Below, in pieces: positions 32,901-33,870 of a stretch of DNA of 33,870 nucleotides (position 1 is the first letter of the stretch; every line of letters starts with the position of its first letter). The translations under genes and the position numbers were made by a program. The stretch comes from Nemertoderma westbladi (lineage: Eukaryota; Animalia; Xenacoelomorpha). The notes under the pieces are model-generated. The model was not told the origin of the DNA, searched no databases, and saw nothing but the letters and a program-made list of their open reading frames with translations. The stretch lies in NCBI GenBank assembly GCA_032718475.1, contig JAUCBJ010006852.1:1-33870 (forward strand), in the 5' to 3' direction.

Positions 32901-33870
32901 ATCCGCGATTAAACTTTCTATTGTTTACCAAACCATAGAGAATCCGCGATTAAACTTTCTATTGTTTACCAAACCATAGAGAATCCGCGATTAAACTTTC
33001 TATTGTTTACCAAACCATAGAGAATCCGCGATTAAACTTTCTATTCTTTACCAAACCATAGAGAATCCGCGATTAAACTTTCTATTGTTTACCAAACCAT
33101 AGAGAATCCGCGATTAAACTTTCTATTGTTTACCAAACCATAGAGAATCCGCGATTAAACTTTCTATTGTTTACCAAACCATAGAGAATCCGCGATTAAA
33201 CTTTCTATTGTTTACCAAACCATAGAGAATCCGCGATTAAACTTTCTATTCTTTACCAAACCATAGAGAATCCGCGATTAAACTTTCTATTGTTTACCAA
33301 ACCATAGAGAATCCGCGATTAAACTTTCTATTGTTTACCAAACCATAGAGAATCCGCGATTAAACTTTCTATTCTTTACCAAACCATAGAGAATCCGCGA
33401 TTAAACTTTCTATTGTTTACCAAACCATAGAGAATCCGCGATTAAACTTTCTATTGTTTACCAAACCATAGAGAATCCGCGATTAAACTTTCTATTGTTT
33501 ACCAAACCATAGAGAATCCGCGATTAAACTTTCTATTGTTTACCAAACCGTAGAGAATCCGCGATTAAACTTTCTATTGTTTACCAAACCATAGAGAATC
33601 CGCGATTAAACTTTCTATTGTTTACCAAACCATAGAGAATCCGCGATTAAACTTTCTATTGTTTACCAAACCATAGAGAATCCGCGATTAAACTTTCTAT
33701 TGTTTACCAAACCATAGAGAATCCGCGATTAAACTTTATATTATTTACCAAACCATAGAGAATCCGCGATTAAACTTTCTATTGTTTACCAAACCATAGA
33801 GAATCCGCGATTAAACTTTCTATTGTTTACCAAACCATAGAGAATCCGCGATTAAACTTTCTATTGTTTA
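26967..33870 (+). repeat. Satellite C: 41-bp tandem array AAACTTTCTATTGTTTACCAAACCATAGAGAATCCGCGATT, ~168 copies, runs off the window end
   Basis: Period of 41 bp with only about a dozen visible substitutions in 6.9 kb. Confidence 0.99.

Overview
Eukaryotic, probably invertebrate metazoan, repeat-dominated window. About 75% is three unrelated tandem satellites: a 36/42/43-bp family (446-15821, plus four small same-orientation patches up to 20449), a 37-bp family (20713-23863) and a nearly invariant 41-bp family (26967 to the window end). The only credible protein gene is an intact, intronless methionine aminopeptidase 1 (METAP1, 25187-26329, +). The island at 15822-20712 holds a 5'-truncated RTE-like LINE with a (TAG)7 tail, a second tiny 3' stub of the same LINE, and several unique blocks that interrupt the 36-bp satellite with short junction duplications. 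One of these blocks carries the most interesting signal: a GC-rich, extensively base-pairable ~210-nt element (18131->17913, minus strand) with TATA/Inr-like and NRF1-like motifs upstream and a T9 run downstream. It is a candidate ncRNA gene that I cannot assign to a known family. Most ORF-track entries are satellite translation artefacts. All counts and pairings were made by eye.
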